From: an uncultured cyanobacterium
GTDB lineage: Bacteria; Cyanobacteriota; Cyanobacteriia; Cyanobacteriales; CAWUOF01
Length of the DNA: 64,000 nt
Assembly: GCA_963744145.1 (NCBI GenBank)
Contig: CAVUSO010000001.1
Location: 1,088,001-1,152,000 of the forward strand
Reading direction: 5' to 3'
Part shown: positions 10,299-20,371 of the stretch, piece by piece
Layout: each line of letters opens with the position of its first letter
How positions within the stretch are numbered: position 1 is the first letter of the stretch
Notes under the pieces: generated by a model
What the model was told of the DNA's origin: nothing
The model's input: the letters and a program-made list of their open reading frames with translations, nothing else
The model's database searches: none
Made by a program: the position numbers and the translations under genes

Positions 10299-10514
10299 AT
10301 GGTTCAAATCAAGCTTCTTCCCGGTGCCATTAACGAAATTGTTGCTAATGTCACCGATACCCAGAAAATTACCCAAGCTGACCGTTATGGACTCATGGCT
10401 GCAATTCTGGATGAGTCTATTACTGAAGATGAACGGAGATCAGTCGATCGCCTAATCCGTCTTCTGGTTAAAGGTCGTATTCAAGTTACTAATGAAATCT
10501 CAATGATGCTATAA
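10299..10514 (+). CDS. Conserved cyanobacterial hypothetical protein
   Basis: LLPGAI, IT.ADRYGLMAAILDES..EDERRSVDRL. Confidence 0.75.
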   Translation: MVQIKLLPGAINEIVANVTDTQKITQADRYGLMAAILDESITEDERRSVDRLIRLLVKGRIQVTNEISMML

Positions 10515-10616
10515 CTGGGAGGCAATATTGTCAATCATGAAACAATATTACCCCCTAGAGTATCATTCTAATCCTGCCATTTCCCGGTCAGTTTGATGAA
10601 GGTAAATATCTCTGAC

Positions 10617-12044
10617 CTAATCCTGAAAATGTTTGATAATCGCTTGAGCAAATTCAGAACATTTGAGCGGTGGTTTGACAGGAGGTTCCATCAATCGTGC
10701 TAAATCATAGGTAACTTCACGATGAGAAATCGCTGCGGCAAGACCCTTTTTAATTAAGTCGGCTGCTTCTTGCCAACCCATGTATTCTAGCATCATTACC
10801 CCGGACAAAATTAAAGAACCTGGGTTGACCCGATCTAAACCAGCGTGTTTAGGAGCTGTACCATGAGTAGCTTCAAAAATTGCACATTCATCACCGATAT
10901 TAGCACCTGGACCCATACCTAATCCACCGACGATCGCAGCAGCAGCATCGGATAGATAATCTCCATTCAAATTCATCGTTGCTAAAATCGAATATTCACC
11001 TGGTCGAGTTTGAATTTGTTGGAAAATACTGTCAGCAATCCGATCATTGACCATGATCTTCTTTTTCCAAACCCCGTTACCGTGAGTTTCCCAGATTGCG
11101 TTCAGAACTGTTTCTACTTCTTGACAAATCTCGGCTTTTTTCTCGGTTGTTAAAGCATCGTAACCAGGCTCAATTTCACGAGCATTTTCTTCTAAGGTAA
11201 TATCTGGTTTACCTTCTTTATTCCCCAGAATCCATGATTCTCGTTCAGTAATACACTCAGCCCTAAATTCGGTAGTCGCTAATTCGTAACCCCAATCCCG
11301 GAAAGCGCCTTCGGTATATTTCATAATATTACCCTTATGTACCAAAGTCACACTTTGCTTAGATGGGGGTAAACGCAAAGCGTGTTTAATTGCACGACGA
11401 ACTAGACGCTGAGAACCAAATTTGCTAATGGGTTTAATCCCGATCCCAGAATCAAGACGGATTTGCTTTTTACCATGTTCTGGAGTTATGGGAATTAATT
11501 TCTGATTGAGAAACTCAATCAGTTGATTACAAGCATCAGTACCTTCTTTCCACTCAATTCCCAGATAGATATCTTCGGTATTTTCCCGATAGATGATGAC
11601 ATCTAATTGCTCTGGGGTTTTGTGGGGTGAGGGAGTACCCGCATAATATTTGCAGGGACGAACACAGCTATAGAGATCATTGATCTGTCGTAGGGCTACA
11701 TTTAAAGAACGAATCCCACCACCGATCGGCGTAGTTAATGGACCTTTAATCGCGACCCCATATTCTTTAATCGCGGTGAGAGTATCTTGGGGTAAATATT
11801 GGTAAGTGCCATATTTTTCGCAGGCTTCATCCCCAGCATAAACTTTGAACCAAGATATTTCTCGTTTGCCATCATAAGCTGTTTTAACTGCGGCATCAAT
11901 CACTGCTTGGGACGCGGGCCAAAGATCTACCCCTGTTCCATCTCCACGAATAAAGGGAATGATCGGATTGTCGGGAACAATCGGTTCACCGTTTTGGAAA
12001 GTAATGCGATCGCCTTTAGTGGGACTGGTAATCTTGTCGTACAT
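10617..12044 (-). CDS. icd: NADP-dependent isocitrate dehydrogenase
   Basis: [51 protein letters not shown]. Confidence 0.98.
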   Translation of the reverse strand: MYDKITSPTKGDRITFQNGEPIVPDNPIIPFIRGDGTGVDLWPASQAVIDAAVKTAYDGKREISWFKVYAGDEACEKYGTYQYLPQDTLTAIKEYGVAIKGPLTTPIGGGIRSLNVALRQINDLYSCVRPCKYYAGTPSPHKTPEQLDVIIYRENTEDIYLGIEWKEGTDACNQLIEFLNQKLIPITPEHGKKQIRLDSGIGIKPISKFGSQRLVRRAIKHALRLPPSKQSVTLVHKGNIMKYTEGAFRDWGYELATTEFRAECITERESWILGNKEGKPDITLEENAREIEPGYDALTTEKKAEICQEVETVLNAIWETHGNGVWKKKIMVNDRIADSIFQQIQTRPGEYSILATMNLNGDYLSDAAAAIVGGLGMGPGANIGDECAIFEATHGTAPKHAGLDRVNPGSLILSGVMMLEYMGWQEAADLIKKGLAAAISHREVTYDLARLMEPPVKPPLKCSEFAQAIIKHFQD

Positions 12045-12173
12045 ATTGTCCTCTGTTTGAATCTCAGGTTAGCTCACCTAACCTTCTTTGGCAGGCTACC
12101 AGATTATTTCTCGTGACTATGTTTGAATTAAACTTTTTTACAGAAGATGATTGTGGGATAATGTACAGCCAAA

Positions 12174-13097
12174 TTACTTGCCGGCAAACATCGCTTGTTG
12201 TCCTTCCGGGGAAGTTGCATAAGCAGTAAAAGCTTGGGCTCCTGGATTGGGAGGATTTTTATAGGCATAAAATAGTTGTCTTTGATAGGGGTAATTCCCA
12301 GTTCCTGGTGCAATTCCATCGATCGGGATGACTCGGACAGTTTTCTGATTTGCTACTTGAGCATAGGTAGCATACCCAATCCCATTATTGCCCAGAGCCC
12401 GGATTAAACCAGTAGTTTCATCATTTGGTAAGGTCTGAATATTGGTGCCAAAAGCAGCACCCTTAAGAACTAGTTCTTTAAATGCTTGATGGGTTCCACT
12501 AATAGCTGGACGATTAATTACTTGAATCGGTGCTGCTGGACCACCAATGGCTGACCAATTATTAATTTTTCCTTGAAAAATATCTGCGATTTGAGCATTA
12601 GTTAAACCACCAGTAAAAGGGTTTTCCTTTCCGACTACTACAGCGATTTGGTCAAGCGCGATCGGTACTGCTACTAAACCTTGACTTTGTTCTTGTGCTG
12701 TCAAAGGTCGAGATATAGCTGCTAAATCTATTTCACCAGCTAAAAGACTCTGAATACCTTTATCAGAACCAACCGCATTATTAATTACCTTAGTCCCGGG
12801 AAATTTTTGCTGAAAGCCTTGTTTAAGGTTTTCATTAATTGTCACCATACTGGTAGAACCATTAATCTTCACCGTTGTCCCAGTCGGAACTGATTTGGGT
12901 GCAGCTAGTCCTACTATCGGTGCTGATGGTACTGATGTATTATTAGCAGGTGAAGTTGCTGGACTTGTACCTGGTGCTGTCGCTGTTGTAGGTGGAGCTG
13001 CTGGTTTGTTCATAAAAAAGAACCAGTAACCAGCAGCACCGAGGATCAGCAAGATCAAGATAAAAACAATGGGAGGAGGACCGCTTTTTTCAGACAT
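12174..13097 (-). CDS. PstS-like phosphate-binding protein with N-terminal membrane anchor and Pro/Thr linker
   Basis: INGSTSM, GSDKG, AAISRP, NW..IGG, RPAISGT, YPYQRQLF; start MSEKSG at 13097. Confidence 0.85.
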   Translation of the reverse strand: MSEKSGPPPIVFILILLILGAAGYWFFFMNKPAAPPTTATAPGTSPATSPANNTSVPSAPIVGLAAPKSVPTGTTVKINGSTSMVTINENLKQGFQQKFPGTKVINNAVGSDKGIQSLLAGEIDLAAISRPLTAQEQSQGLVAVPIALDQIAVVVGKENPFTGGLTNAQIADIFQGKINNWSAIGGPAAPIQVINRPAISGTHQAFKELVLKGAAFGTNIQTLPNDETTGLIRALGNNGIGYATYAQVANQKTVRVIPIDGIAPGTGNYPYQRQLFYAYKNPPNPGAQAFTAYATSPEGQQAMFAGK

Positions 13098-13119
13098 AAA
13101 ATTGTACTTTCTTGGTAAT

Positions 13120-13821
13120 TTAGTTATTTTTAGAATCTTCCAACATTTTGAGACGACGAGAAATTTCATCATCGATCGTCATTTTTTCCAGATCAGCTTG
13201 CAACTTTTCGGTTGGATTTTCCGAAAGTTCAGCTAAAGAACTTTGTTGTAAATTGCGACGTTCTACCGCATTTTTAGCTGCTTCAAACTGAGATTTAGCT
13301 GAACCGATATCAAATTCGTTGTTAACTTTAGCAATTAGCCCAAGTGCCTCATTCACTTCTGACAAATCTTTCATATTCTGCATATCGGTTTTGTAGCTTT
13401 CCAATTTTAGCCTTTCCCGATTCAGTTTTTCTTTAGCCGCGGTCACTGCTTTTTCAGCTTGTTTGACCATTTCATCCAATTGGGGCAAAATTTGCTCCGT
13501 TTGAATTACTTTTGTCATTGCCATTCTTGCTGCTTCTTCATGACCAGCACTTTGAGCTATTAGTGCTTGTTGCTCGAAGGTTTGCAATTCTTTTACTTTT
13601 GATTCATATTTTTGCTTTGCCCGTTTATATGCACCATCTTGAGTTGCAACTGCGGTGGCTAATTTTTGGACTGACTCTTGCATCGCGTGTAAGGATTCTT
13701 CCGCTACTGCTACAGCCACTTTACCACCTTGCTCGACGGGCATTCCCCAGAGCCAATTCCACACACCAACAATGGTACGACCAGCTTTGTCTCCCATGAT
13801 CCAGTAAATAAATTTTTTCAT
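13120..13821 (-). CDS. PspA/IM30 (ESCRT-III-like) family coiled-coil protein
   Basis: All-helical 233 aa; EQQALIAQSAGHEEAARMAM hairpin motif; C-terminal IDDEISRRLKML. Confidence 0.75.
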   Translation of the reverse strand: MKKFIYWIMGDKAGRTIVGVWNWLWGMPVEQGGKVAVAVAEESLHAMQESVQKLATAVATQDGAYKRAKQKYESKVKELQTFEQQALIAQSAGHEEAARMAMTKVIQTEQILPQLDEMVKQAEKAVTAAKEKLNRERLKLESYKTDMQNMKDLSEVNEALGLIAKVNNEFDIGSAKSQFEAAKNAVERRNLQQSSLAELSENPTEKLQADLEKMTIDDEISRRLKMLEDSKNN

Positions 13822-13962
13822 CTGACTATTTTTCTCCTTGGGACTGTTTATTTAAACTTTTGTCTTTGGCTCCCATGGGCGAAGATTGACTTTTAAAAAT
13901 TACAATTAAATCTATTTTAGTTTAGTAGATTAAGTCAACTTTTCCGCTAAAATTATAATATT

Positions 13963-13992
13963 AGATTAAGATTATATTAAAGCAAAGTTATA
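13963..13992 (-). promoter_or_regulatory. Possible Pho box (SphR-type)
   Basis: Minus strand TATAACTT-tgc-TTTAATAT-aat-CTTAATCT: three 8-mers at 11-bp period resembling CTTAACCT; AT-rich context weakens it. Confidence 0.35.
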
Positions 13993-14130
13993 AATATTAA
14001 TCTAGTCCACCTCGAATGATCAACTCAGTGGTAAATAGTTGGGTTAAAGCCCAAAAAGGCGATCGCATCAATTGACCGAATTATAGCTCCTCTGGATGAC
14101 AGAATCAATCTTGGTTAAAAAATCAGGTAT

Positions 14131-15411
14131 TTACGAGTATACGGTCGCACTATTATGGATCATTTTTTCCAATCCAACTTGGAGCGGTAGTGCAATTAAG
14201 AATTCTGTACCTTGACCGGGCTGAGAATAACATTGGAGATGACCACCATGTTGTTGAACTACAATTTGATAACTAATCGCTAATCCCAATCCTGTCCCTT
14301 TACCAACGGGTTTAGTGGTAAAGAAAGGATCAAAAATTTGAGATCGAATAGATTCTTTAATCCCAACCCCATTATCGATAATTTTGATCACTACTTGATT
14401 TTCTACGATTTTGGTATCGATCGTAATTACACCTAATCGAGATAACTGATTGGCTTCGATCGCATCAATAGCATTATTTAAAATCGACAAAAATACCTGA
14501 TTTAATTCGCGAGCATAACATTCAACTAAAGGTAAATTTCCATAATTTTTCACTACAGTAATTTTCTGGTCAGAGTCAAGTTTCAACCGATGCTGTACTG
14601 TCACCAAGGTACTATCAATACCTTCATGGATGTCAACCAGCTTAATCTCAGCTTCATCTAAACGGGAAAAATTGCGGAGAGAAATAACTGTTTGACGAAT
14701 GCGATCGGCTCCAGTTTTCATAGAATGAAATAATTTTGGTAAATCCTGGGCTAAAAAATCCAATTCTAATTCTGCTAATTTTTCCTTAATCTGTAAACTA
14801 GGATGGGGATATTCTTGTTGATAAAGCAGCAGGATTTCCAACATTTGTTGAGTGTAAAATTGAGTATGAGTTAAATTACTATAAATAAACGTAATCGGAT
14901 TATTAAATTCATGGGCAATTCCGGCGACCATTTGGCTTAAACTGGTCATTTTTTCATTTTGCACTAATCGAGATTGTGCTAATTTTAATTGTTCCATGGT
15001 TTGATTTAAATACAAATTAGAATACTGTAAAGCTTTACTCAGACTTTGCAACCGTAAACCCGCACGGACTCGAGCTAGGAATTCTTGCAATTCAATTGGT
15101 TTAGCTAAAAAATCATCGGCACCAGCATCTAATCCGTTCACTCGGTCATTAATTTGTTCTTTAGCTGTTACCAAAATAAAAAAGATCCCAGCTAAATCTA
15201 GGTCAGATTTCAAATATTGACAGAGAGTTAACCCATCCATTTTTGGCATCATCCAATCGCAAATAATTAAATCTGGTCTGGTCTGGTGGATGGTCAATAA
15301 ACCCTCTTCCCCATCAGCCGCAGTAATCACTTCATGACCTTCATTAGATAAGGCATTTTCCAAAACCAACTGGGTGGTAATATCGTCATCAATCACAATA
15401 ATTTTAGCCAT
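14131..15411 (-). CDS. Receiver-histidine kinase hybrid (REC-HisKA-HATPase)
   Basis: IDDD, DWMMP, GADDF; GIAHEFNNP, NNAIDA, DNGVG, FFTTKPVGKGTGLGL. Confidence 0.93.
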   Translation of the reverse strand: MAKIIVIDDDITTQLVLENALSNEGHEVITAADGEEGLLTIHQTRPDLIICDWMMPKMDGLTLCQYLKSDLDLAGIFFILVTAKEQINDRVNGLDAGADDFLAKPIELQEFLARVRAGLRLQSLSKALQYSNLYLNQTMEQLKLAQSRLVQNEKMTSLSQMVAGIAHEFNNPITFIYSNLTHTQFYTQQMLEILLLYQQEYPHPSLQIKEKLAELELDFLAQDLPKLFHSMKTGADRIRQTVISLRNFSRLDEAEIKLVDIHEGIDSTLVTVQHRLKLDSDQKITVVKNYGNLPLVECYARELNQVFLSILNNAIDAIEANQLSRLGVITIDTKIVENQVVIKIIDNGVGIKESIRSQIFDPFFTTKPVGKGTGLGLAISYQIVVQQHGGHLQCYSQPGQGTEFLIALPLQVGLEKMIHNSATVYS

Positions 15412-15420
15412 AGGTTTGGT

Positions 15421-18400
15421 CTAATAATGTTGAATAAATGAGTTAACTTGTTGTAACTGTTCTTCCAGAAGAAGCAAAATCTGGGTAGAATCAGTGAGAT
15501 TTTGTTGACGACCAAAATTTTCTAATTGAGCCGCGATCGCCGACAATTGGGTCGCCCCCACATTAGCACTAGCACCCTTAACCCGATGTGCTTGCTGTTC
15601 TAATTCGGAAAAATTCTGAGTCGCGATCGCTTCTCTGAGACCTGCTAAATCAATGATCACGCGATCGGCAAAAGCGCGAAGCAATTTACGTTGAAACTCG
15701 ATCTGACCACCAGAAATCGCATGAAGACGTTGCAAGTCTACTGGTTTCACCATCGTTGAGCATGATTGAGCAGATTCTTGATTTTCCTGACTCGATTGAA
15801 TTGTTAAACCCTTTTTCCCCTGGATTTTTTCCGACCAACGGACTAATGCTACTTGTAACTGTTCTTGATCAAGGGGTTTACTTAAATAATCATCCATTCC
15901 CGCAGCTAGACACTTTTCCCGATCGGCGGGCATAGCGTGGGCTGTCAGGGCAATTATAACTATATTATGGGAAGATTTGCGATTAAGTGCAGCCTCTTTT
16001 TGTCGAATTATTTTAGTAGTTTCATAACCATCAAGTAAAGGCATTTGACAATCCATAAAAATCAAATCATAATGATTTTGACGGAATAAATCTAATACCT
16101 CCTGACCATTATTAGCCAAATCAGCTTCATAACCCAGCAAGCTTAACTGATTTAAAATTACCTGTTGGTTAATCGGGTGATCTTCAGCTAGCAGGATTTT
16201 CAGATTATTTCTAGTTACAGCTCCAGTCAACTGATAATCAGAGGATTCGCGTCTACTTTCTAATACAGAAACAATCCGATTAGCCATTGCTGTTAATAGC
16301 GCATCAAAAAGACGGGAAGCTCTCACTGGTTTAATTAAGTAGCTAGAAACACCAGTTTTTAACAACTCCTCAGCCATATCCCTTTGGTTAATCGAAGTCA
16401 TCAGGATCAGCTTGGTATCAGCTAGAGCAGGATCGGAACGGATCGCTAGGGTAAAATCTAGTCCTTGATATCGAAGTAATTGTTGATCAAAAATCACCGC
16501 ATCATAGGGTTGATTTTGACCAATAGCTAATCGTAACTTAGTCAAAGCTGATTCTCCATCTGCTACTTGATCTAGGTGCATTCCCCAAGATTGGGTCAGG
16601 TAGTAGACTGCTTGTCTGACAGTAGCACTACTATCTGCAACTAATAATTTCAAATCCATCAGTGAAGTGGGTAGAGCTGTAGCATTAGCATCTTTTGGTT
16701 GGTTAAATTTCACCGTAAACCAGAAGGTTGAACCAACTTCAGCAGAACTTTTGACACCGATTTCTCCCCCCATCAAATGGACTAGCTGCTTAGAAATGAC
16801 TAACCCTAAACCTGTTCCTCCATACTGACGAGTGGTTGAAGCATCTACTTGGGAGAACGCTTGGAATAATTTTTGTTGAGCTTCTATGGGAATCCCAATT
16901 CCAGTATCAGAAACTTCAAAGCGAAGTAATACTGTTTTCTTGGTAGTAGATTGCAAATATACTCGTAGCACCACTTCACCAATTGCGGTAAATTTCAGTG
17001 CATTACCCATTAAATTCAGCAGTACCTGACGTAATCTTCCGGGATCTCCTTGTAGGTATCGCGGTACTTCTGGATTAATTAGTACCGCCATTTCTAAACC
17101 CTTATCTTCAGCTTGGGCTGCGAGTAAATCTACTACGGTTTCTAAGCAATTATTGAGTTCAAAATCTAAAGTCTCTAATTGCATTTCCCCAGCTTCAAGT
17201 TTGGAGAAATCAAGAATATCGTTAATAATGGATAGGAGGTGATCACCGCTAATCCGGATCGCTTGCACAAAATCACGCTGTTTTTGAGTTAGGGCTGTTT
17301 TAAATAATAATCCTGCCATTCCTAAGACTCCATTCATGGGAGTTCGGATTTCATGGCTCATGTTAGCGAGAAATTGGGATTTGAGTCGGGAATTTTCTAA
17401 AGCTGCTTCTCGAGCTTTGACTAACTCATCAATTCGATCGGCTGCAATAACAATTCCACCCACTTCTCCATTCGGTTCATACCAGGGATGGATCGCCCAT
17501 CTAATATAGGTTTTAGTCCCATCCGGATTTTGCATCTGATCCTCTGGAGAGGAGAGAATTTCCCCTTTAAGCGATCGCTGATAAGCAGATTTCCATTCAT
17601 CGGGCATTTGGGGAAATATAGTATTATGGTTTTGTCCTAGTAAAGAGGTTGGTGCATCAGCTCCGACTAAACCAAAATCTGTTAGCCATTTATCACTGTA
17701 GGCAATATAACACATTTCCCGATTGAACATCGCCATTGCTACTGGTGCATTGGTGATAATTTGTTGCAGTTGACGATGCTCTCGTTCTAATTTTGCTTCG
17801 GTTTGTTTGCGATCGCTAATATCGCGACCAATATTATAAATATTCGGTCCTGAACTTACTGCTGTCCAAGCGATCCATTTATAGGTGCCATCTTTACAGC
17901 GGAAACGGTTTTCAAAGTTGAGGGTGGGAATACCAGATAGGATTTTTTCTGCTTCTGCTAGACTCAGAGCGAGATCATCTGGATGTAATAAGTCCATCCA
18001 GTTACTAGCTAGCAATTCTTCACAACTGTATCCCAATATTTTTGTTGCTGCTGGGTTAATTTGTTTAAAAGAACCTGCTTGAGTAGAAATAGCAATTATA
18101 TCTAAAGAAAAGTCAAAAAAGCGATTTCTTTCTTCCTCGATTAGTTTGCGATTGGTAATATCTTCAATCACCGCGATCGCATATTCATTTTTGGTGGGAT
18201 TGTTTGGTAGTTCTGGATCTTCTAAGTCTATACTATCATTAGCTAAGGATACAGTTAGGTTGACCCAAATTAGTTGCCCATTTTTGCAACAATAACGCTT
18301 TTCTAGGGAATAGCTAGTAATTTTTTCAGCGAGAAGTTGCTCATAGTTATTTAAGTCTAGGTTTAAATCTTCTGGATAGGTAATATCTTGAAAAGTCATT

Positions 18401-19239
18401 TGGGCAAGTTCGGCTCTACTGTAACCTACGATATCACTAAATTTTTGGTTGAGCCGGAGAAACTTACCGTTAAATCCAATGTGAGCAATTCCCACGGCTG
18501 CTTGCTCAAATGTATCTTGAAATCGCTGCTCATTAGAACGAGATTCAAGCATTTGCGATCGCAATTTGTCGTCAGTACGTTTCAGTAAAAATAAGGCGAT
18601 CGAAGAACCCAATACACCGACGATTGCTGATATGATTAAGATTGCCCAAGTTGTTTCTCGTTCCTGTTCTAATATTTGTTTACGTTCGGTCAATAAACGC
18701 TCTTCTTCATTTAAAAACTGATCAATTTCTTGACGACATTGATCCATTACTACTTTTTCCTCAACTATGCCTTTTTTCAGTAATGCTAAAGTATTACCTT
18801 TTTGATTTTGACTGCTATTTTTCAGAAAATTACTTTGTAAAAGGGTGATTCTTTTGTTTACACAGGTCTCGATTACACCTAATTGTCGAGCCTGAGTAGG
18901 ATTATAGTTGACATATTTATGTAGTTGTTGTAAAGCAGTAGGAATAATACTAATACCTTTTTTATAAGGTCTCAGAAACTGTGGTAAATTAGTTAAATAG
19001 TATCCCCTGACTCCTGTTTCTCCATCAACGAGAGCATTGAGGAGTTTTGTAACTTCAAGTTTCACATTCTGAGTATGTTGGACCCAGTATTCTGCTTCAC
19101 TGGTTTTGAACTGAAACCACCCAAACGCAATCAGGGAAATTGATAGACAAGAAATCGGTAGTGCCGCAGTAAGGGTGCTCCACCAACCCTTTATTTCAGG
19201 AAAATTTTGTTTTTTTACAGTAATTTTGGTGCTGTCCAT
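15421..19239 (-). CDS. Membrane hybrid histidine kinase: CHASE3, 3 PAS, HisKA/HATPase, 2 REC, Hpt
   Basis: WVQHT...LVDGETGVRGY (CHASE3); FLANMSHEIRTPMNG; GGTGLGL; MDCQMP; AHRVKGASANVGA. Confidence 0.93.
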   Translation of the reverse strand: MDSTKITVKKQNFPEIKGWWSTLTAALPISCLSISLIAFGWFQFKTSEAEYWVQHTQNVKLEVTKLLNALVDGETGVRGYYLTNLPQFLRPYKKGISIIPTALQQLHKYVNYNPTQARQLGVIETCVNKRITLLQSNFLKNSSQNQKGNTLALLKKGIVEEKVVMDQCRQEIDQFLNEEERLLTERKQILEQERETTWAILIISAIVGVLGSSIALFLLKRTDDKLRSQMLESRSNEQRFQDTFEQAAVGIAHIGFNGKFLRLNQKFSDIVGYSRAELAQMTFQDITYPEDLNLDLNNYEQLLAEKITSYSLEKRYCCKNGQLIWVNLTVSLANDSIDLEDPELPNNPTKNEYAIAVIEDITNRKLIEEERNRFFDFSLDIIAISTQAGSFKQINPAATKILGYSCEELLASNWMDLLHPDDLALSLAEAEKILSGIPTLNFENRFRCKDGTYKWIAWTAVSSGPNIYNIGRDISDRKQTEAKLEREHRQLQQIITNAPVAMAMFNREMCYIAYSDKWLTDFGLVGADAPTSLLGQNHNTIFPQMPDEWKSAYQRSLKGEILSSPEDQMQNPDGTKTYIRWAIHPWYEPNGEVGGIVIAADRIDELVKAREAALENSRLKSQFLANMSHEIRTPMNGVLGMAGLLFKTALTQKQRDFVQAIRISGDHLLSIINDILDFSKLEAGEMQLETLDFELNNCLETVVDLLAAQAEDKGLEMAVLINPEVPRYLQGDPGRLRQVLLNLMGNALKFTAIGEVVLRVYLQSTTKKTVLLRFEVSDTGIGIPIEAQQKLFQAFSQVDASTTRQYGGTGLGLVISKQLVHLMGGEIGVKSSAEVGSTFWFTVKFNQPKDANATALPTSLMDLKLLVADSSATVRQAVYYLTQSWGMHLDQVADGESALTKLRLAIGQNQPYDAVIFDQQLLRYQGLDFTLAIRSDPALADTKLILMTSINQRDMAEELLKTGVSSYLIKPVRASRLFDALLTAMANRIVSVLESRRESSDYQLTGAVTRNNLKILLAEDHPINQQVILNQLSLLGYEADLANNGQEVLDLFRQNHYDLIFMDCQMPLLDGYETTKIIRQKEAALNRKSSHNIVIIALTAHAMPADREKCLAAGMDDYLSKPLDQEQLQVALVRWSEKIQGKKGLTIQSSQENQESAQSCSTMVKPVDLQRLHAISGGQIEFQRKLLRAFADRVIIDLAGLREAIATQNFSELEQQAHRVKGASANVGATQLSAIAAQLENFGRQQNLTDSTQILLLLEEQLQQVNSFIQHY

Positions 19240-19271
19240 AAAAATCAATTAATTCAGAATAGAAACTCTAC

Positions 19272-19643
19272 TTACCAGTTACAAGCTTTAGCAATCTCAT
19301 CTGCTAAAGTTATCGGATTAAATGGCTTAATAAACACAGCTACAATCCCTTCTTCAGACAAATTAATTTGTTCTAATAACTGAACTTTAGCTGTTAGTAA
19401 AATTACCGGAATAGCATTAGTAGCAGCATTTTCTTTTAGTTTTGCTAAAGTTGACATTCCATCTAAATCCGGCATCATCCAATCGAGAAGAATCAGATCA
19501 GGCTGTTGTGCTTCAGCTTTTTGGAGTCCATCCCGACCCGAATTAGCAATTATCACCTCCCATCCTGCTGTAATTTTCAAAGTTAATTCAATTACACGAC
19601 TCAGACGTTCTTCATCGTCGATCATCAAAATTAGTTTTGTCAT
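19272..19643 (-). CDS. Single-domain CheY/RcaF-like response regulator
   Basis: MIDDE, LLDWMMPDLDG, LTAK, KPF. Confidence 0.93.
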   Translation of the reverse strand: MTKLILMIDDEERLSRVIELTLKITAGWEVIIANSGRDGLQKAEAQQPDLILLDWMMPDLDGMSTLAKLKENAATNAIPVILLTAKVQLLEQINLSEEGIVAVFIKPFNPITLADEIAKACNW

Positions 19644-19775
19644 TTGTGTTTTCGCGGTTAGATCCTAACCTAGGATACCTAAGATGGGGTACAAAAATTA
19701 TCTGAATCATTGGTTATTTTTATGACTTTTTACATTTACAGCTATAAAAAAATTTATTTTAGCTGTTAACCCCTA

Positions 19776-19808
19776 ATATTAAAGAACAAACTTGAAAAAC
19801 TTGTGAAA
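19776..19808 (-). promoter_or_regulatory. OmpR-type direct-repeat box plus -10, upstream of the leftward RR/HK operon
   Basis: Minus strand TTTCACA-agtt-TTTCAAG-N9-TAATAT; first 16 nt identical to 21526-21541. Confidence 0.6.
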
Positions 19809-19874
19809 TTTGCCAGCAAATTGAAACTTGGCAATGACCAGAACACCGTTTATTTAGAAATAGCTGAAGTCTTT

Positions 19875-20117
19875 ATACCAATTTAATGTGAAGTTGCATA
19901 AATTTAGATCCCCCTAAATCCCCCTTGAAAAGGGGGACTTAAGAATTCATGCTCCCCCTGAAAAAGGGGGTTAGGGGGATCAATTCGGGAGCATCTCAGT
20001 TTTGCAAAAACCCTGAAATAGGATGCTGAAACCCCGGTTTTTTCGTTATCTGAGTGATCGATTTGCAAATATGAGATGCACCCATCAATTCTCTGCACCC
20101 TCATCAAAAATTGGTAT
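19875..20117. mobile_element. Composite MITE containing a REP hairpin and a second MITE
   Basis: Outer imperfect TIRs ATACCAATTTaatgTGAaGtTGCA / ATACCAATTTttgaTGAgGgTGCA; internal gatccccctaa...ttagggggatc. Confidence 0.7.
19987..20083. mobile_element. 97-bp MITE with perfect 8-bp target-site duplication
   Basis: 22-bp TIRs GGGAGCATCTCAGTTTTGCAAA vs GGGTGCATCTCATATTTGCAAA (19/22); ATCAATTC at 19979-19986 and 20084-20091. Confidence 0.85.
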
Positions 20118-20371
20118 TAGCATATATACTCATAATGTTACTAAGTAAAATATTAAAAATTTTTGTAGATGAGCCATATTTGTTGTGGTAGGATAATAAG
20201 TGTGCTATTTTATGCTATAAGTAATAATACTGGAGACGGTTTTTGAGTCAAAGCCTGAAACCCTTGATTGAGAAAGCGAAAATAATAGGTTAATGAACCC
20301 CTTATTTTACCGTTAGTAATCAAAAACAGTCTGAAGTATTGAAGAAGTAGATAATAAATGGTGCTAGAAAA

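Noticed and set aside
11799..12116. This and other short ORFs overlapping or antisense to long genes (e.g. 923, 1353, 13512, 39707, 48283)
   Set aside because: Shadow frames of well-supported CDSs with no motifs.
19904..20107. 67-aa minus-strand ORF
   Set aside because: Translation of nested repeat/MITE DNA.
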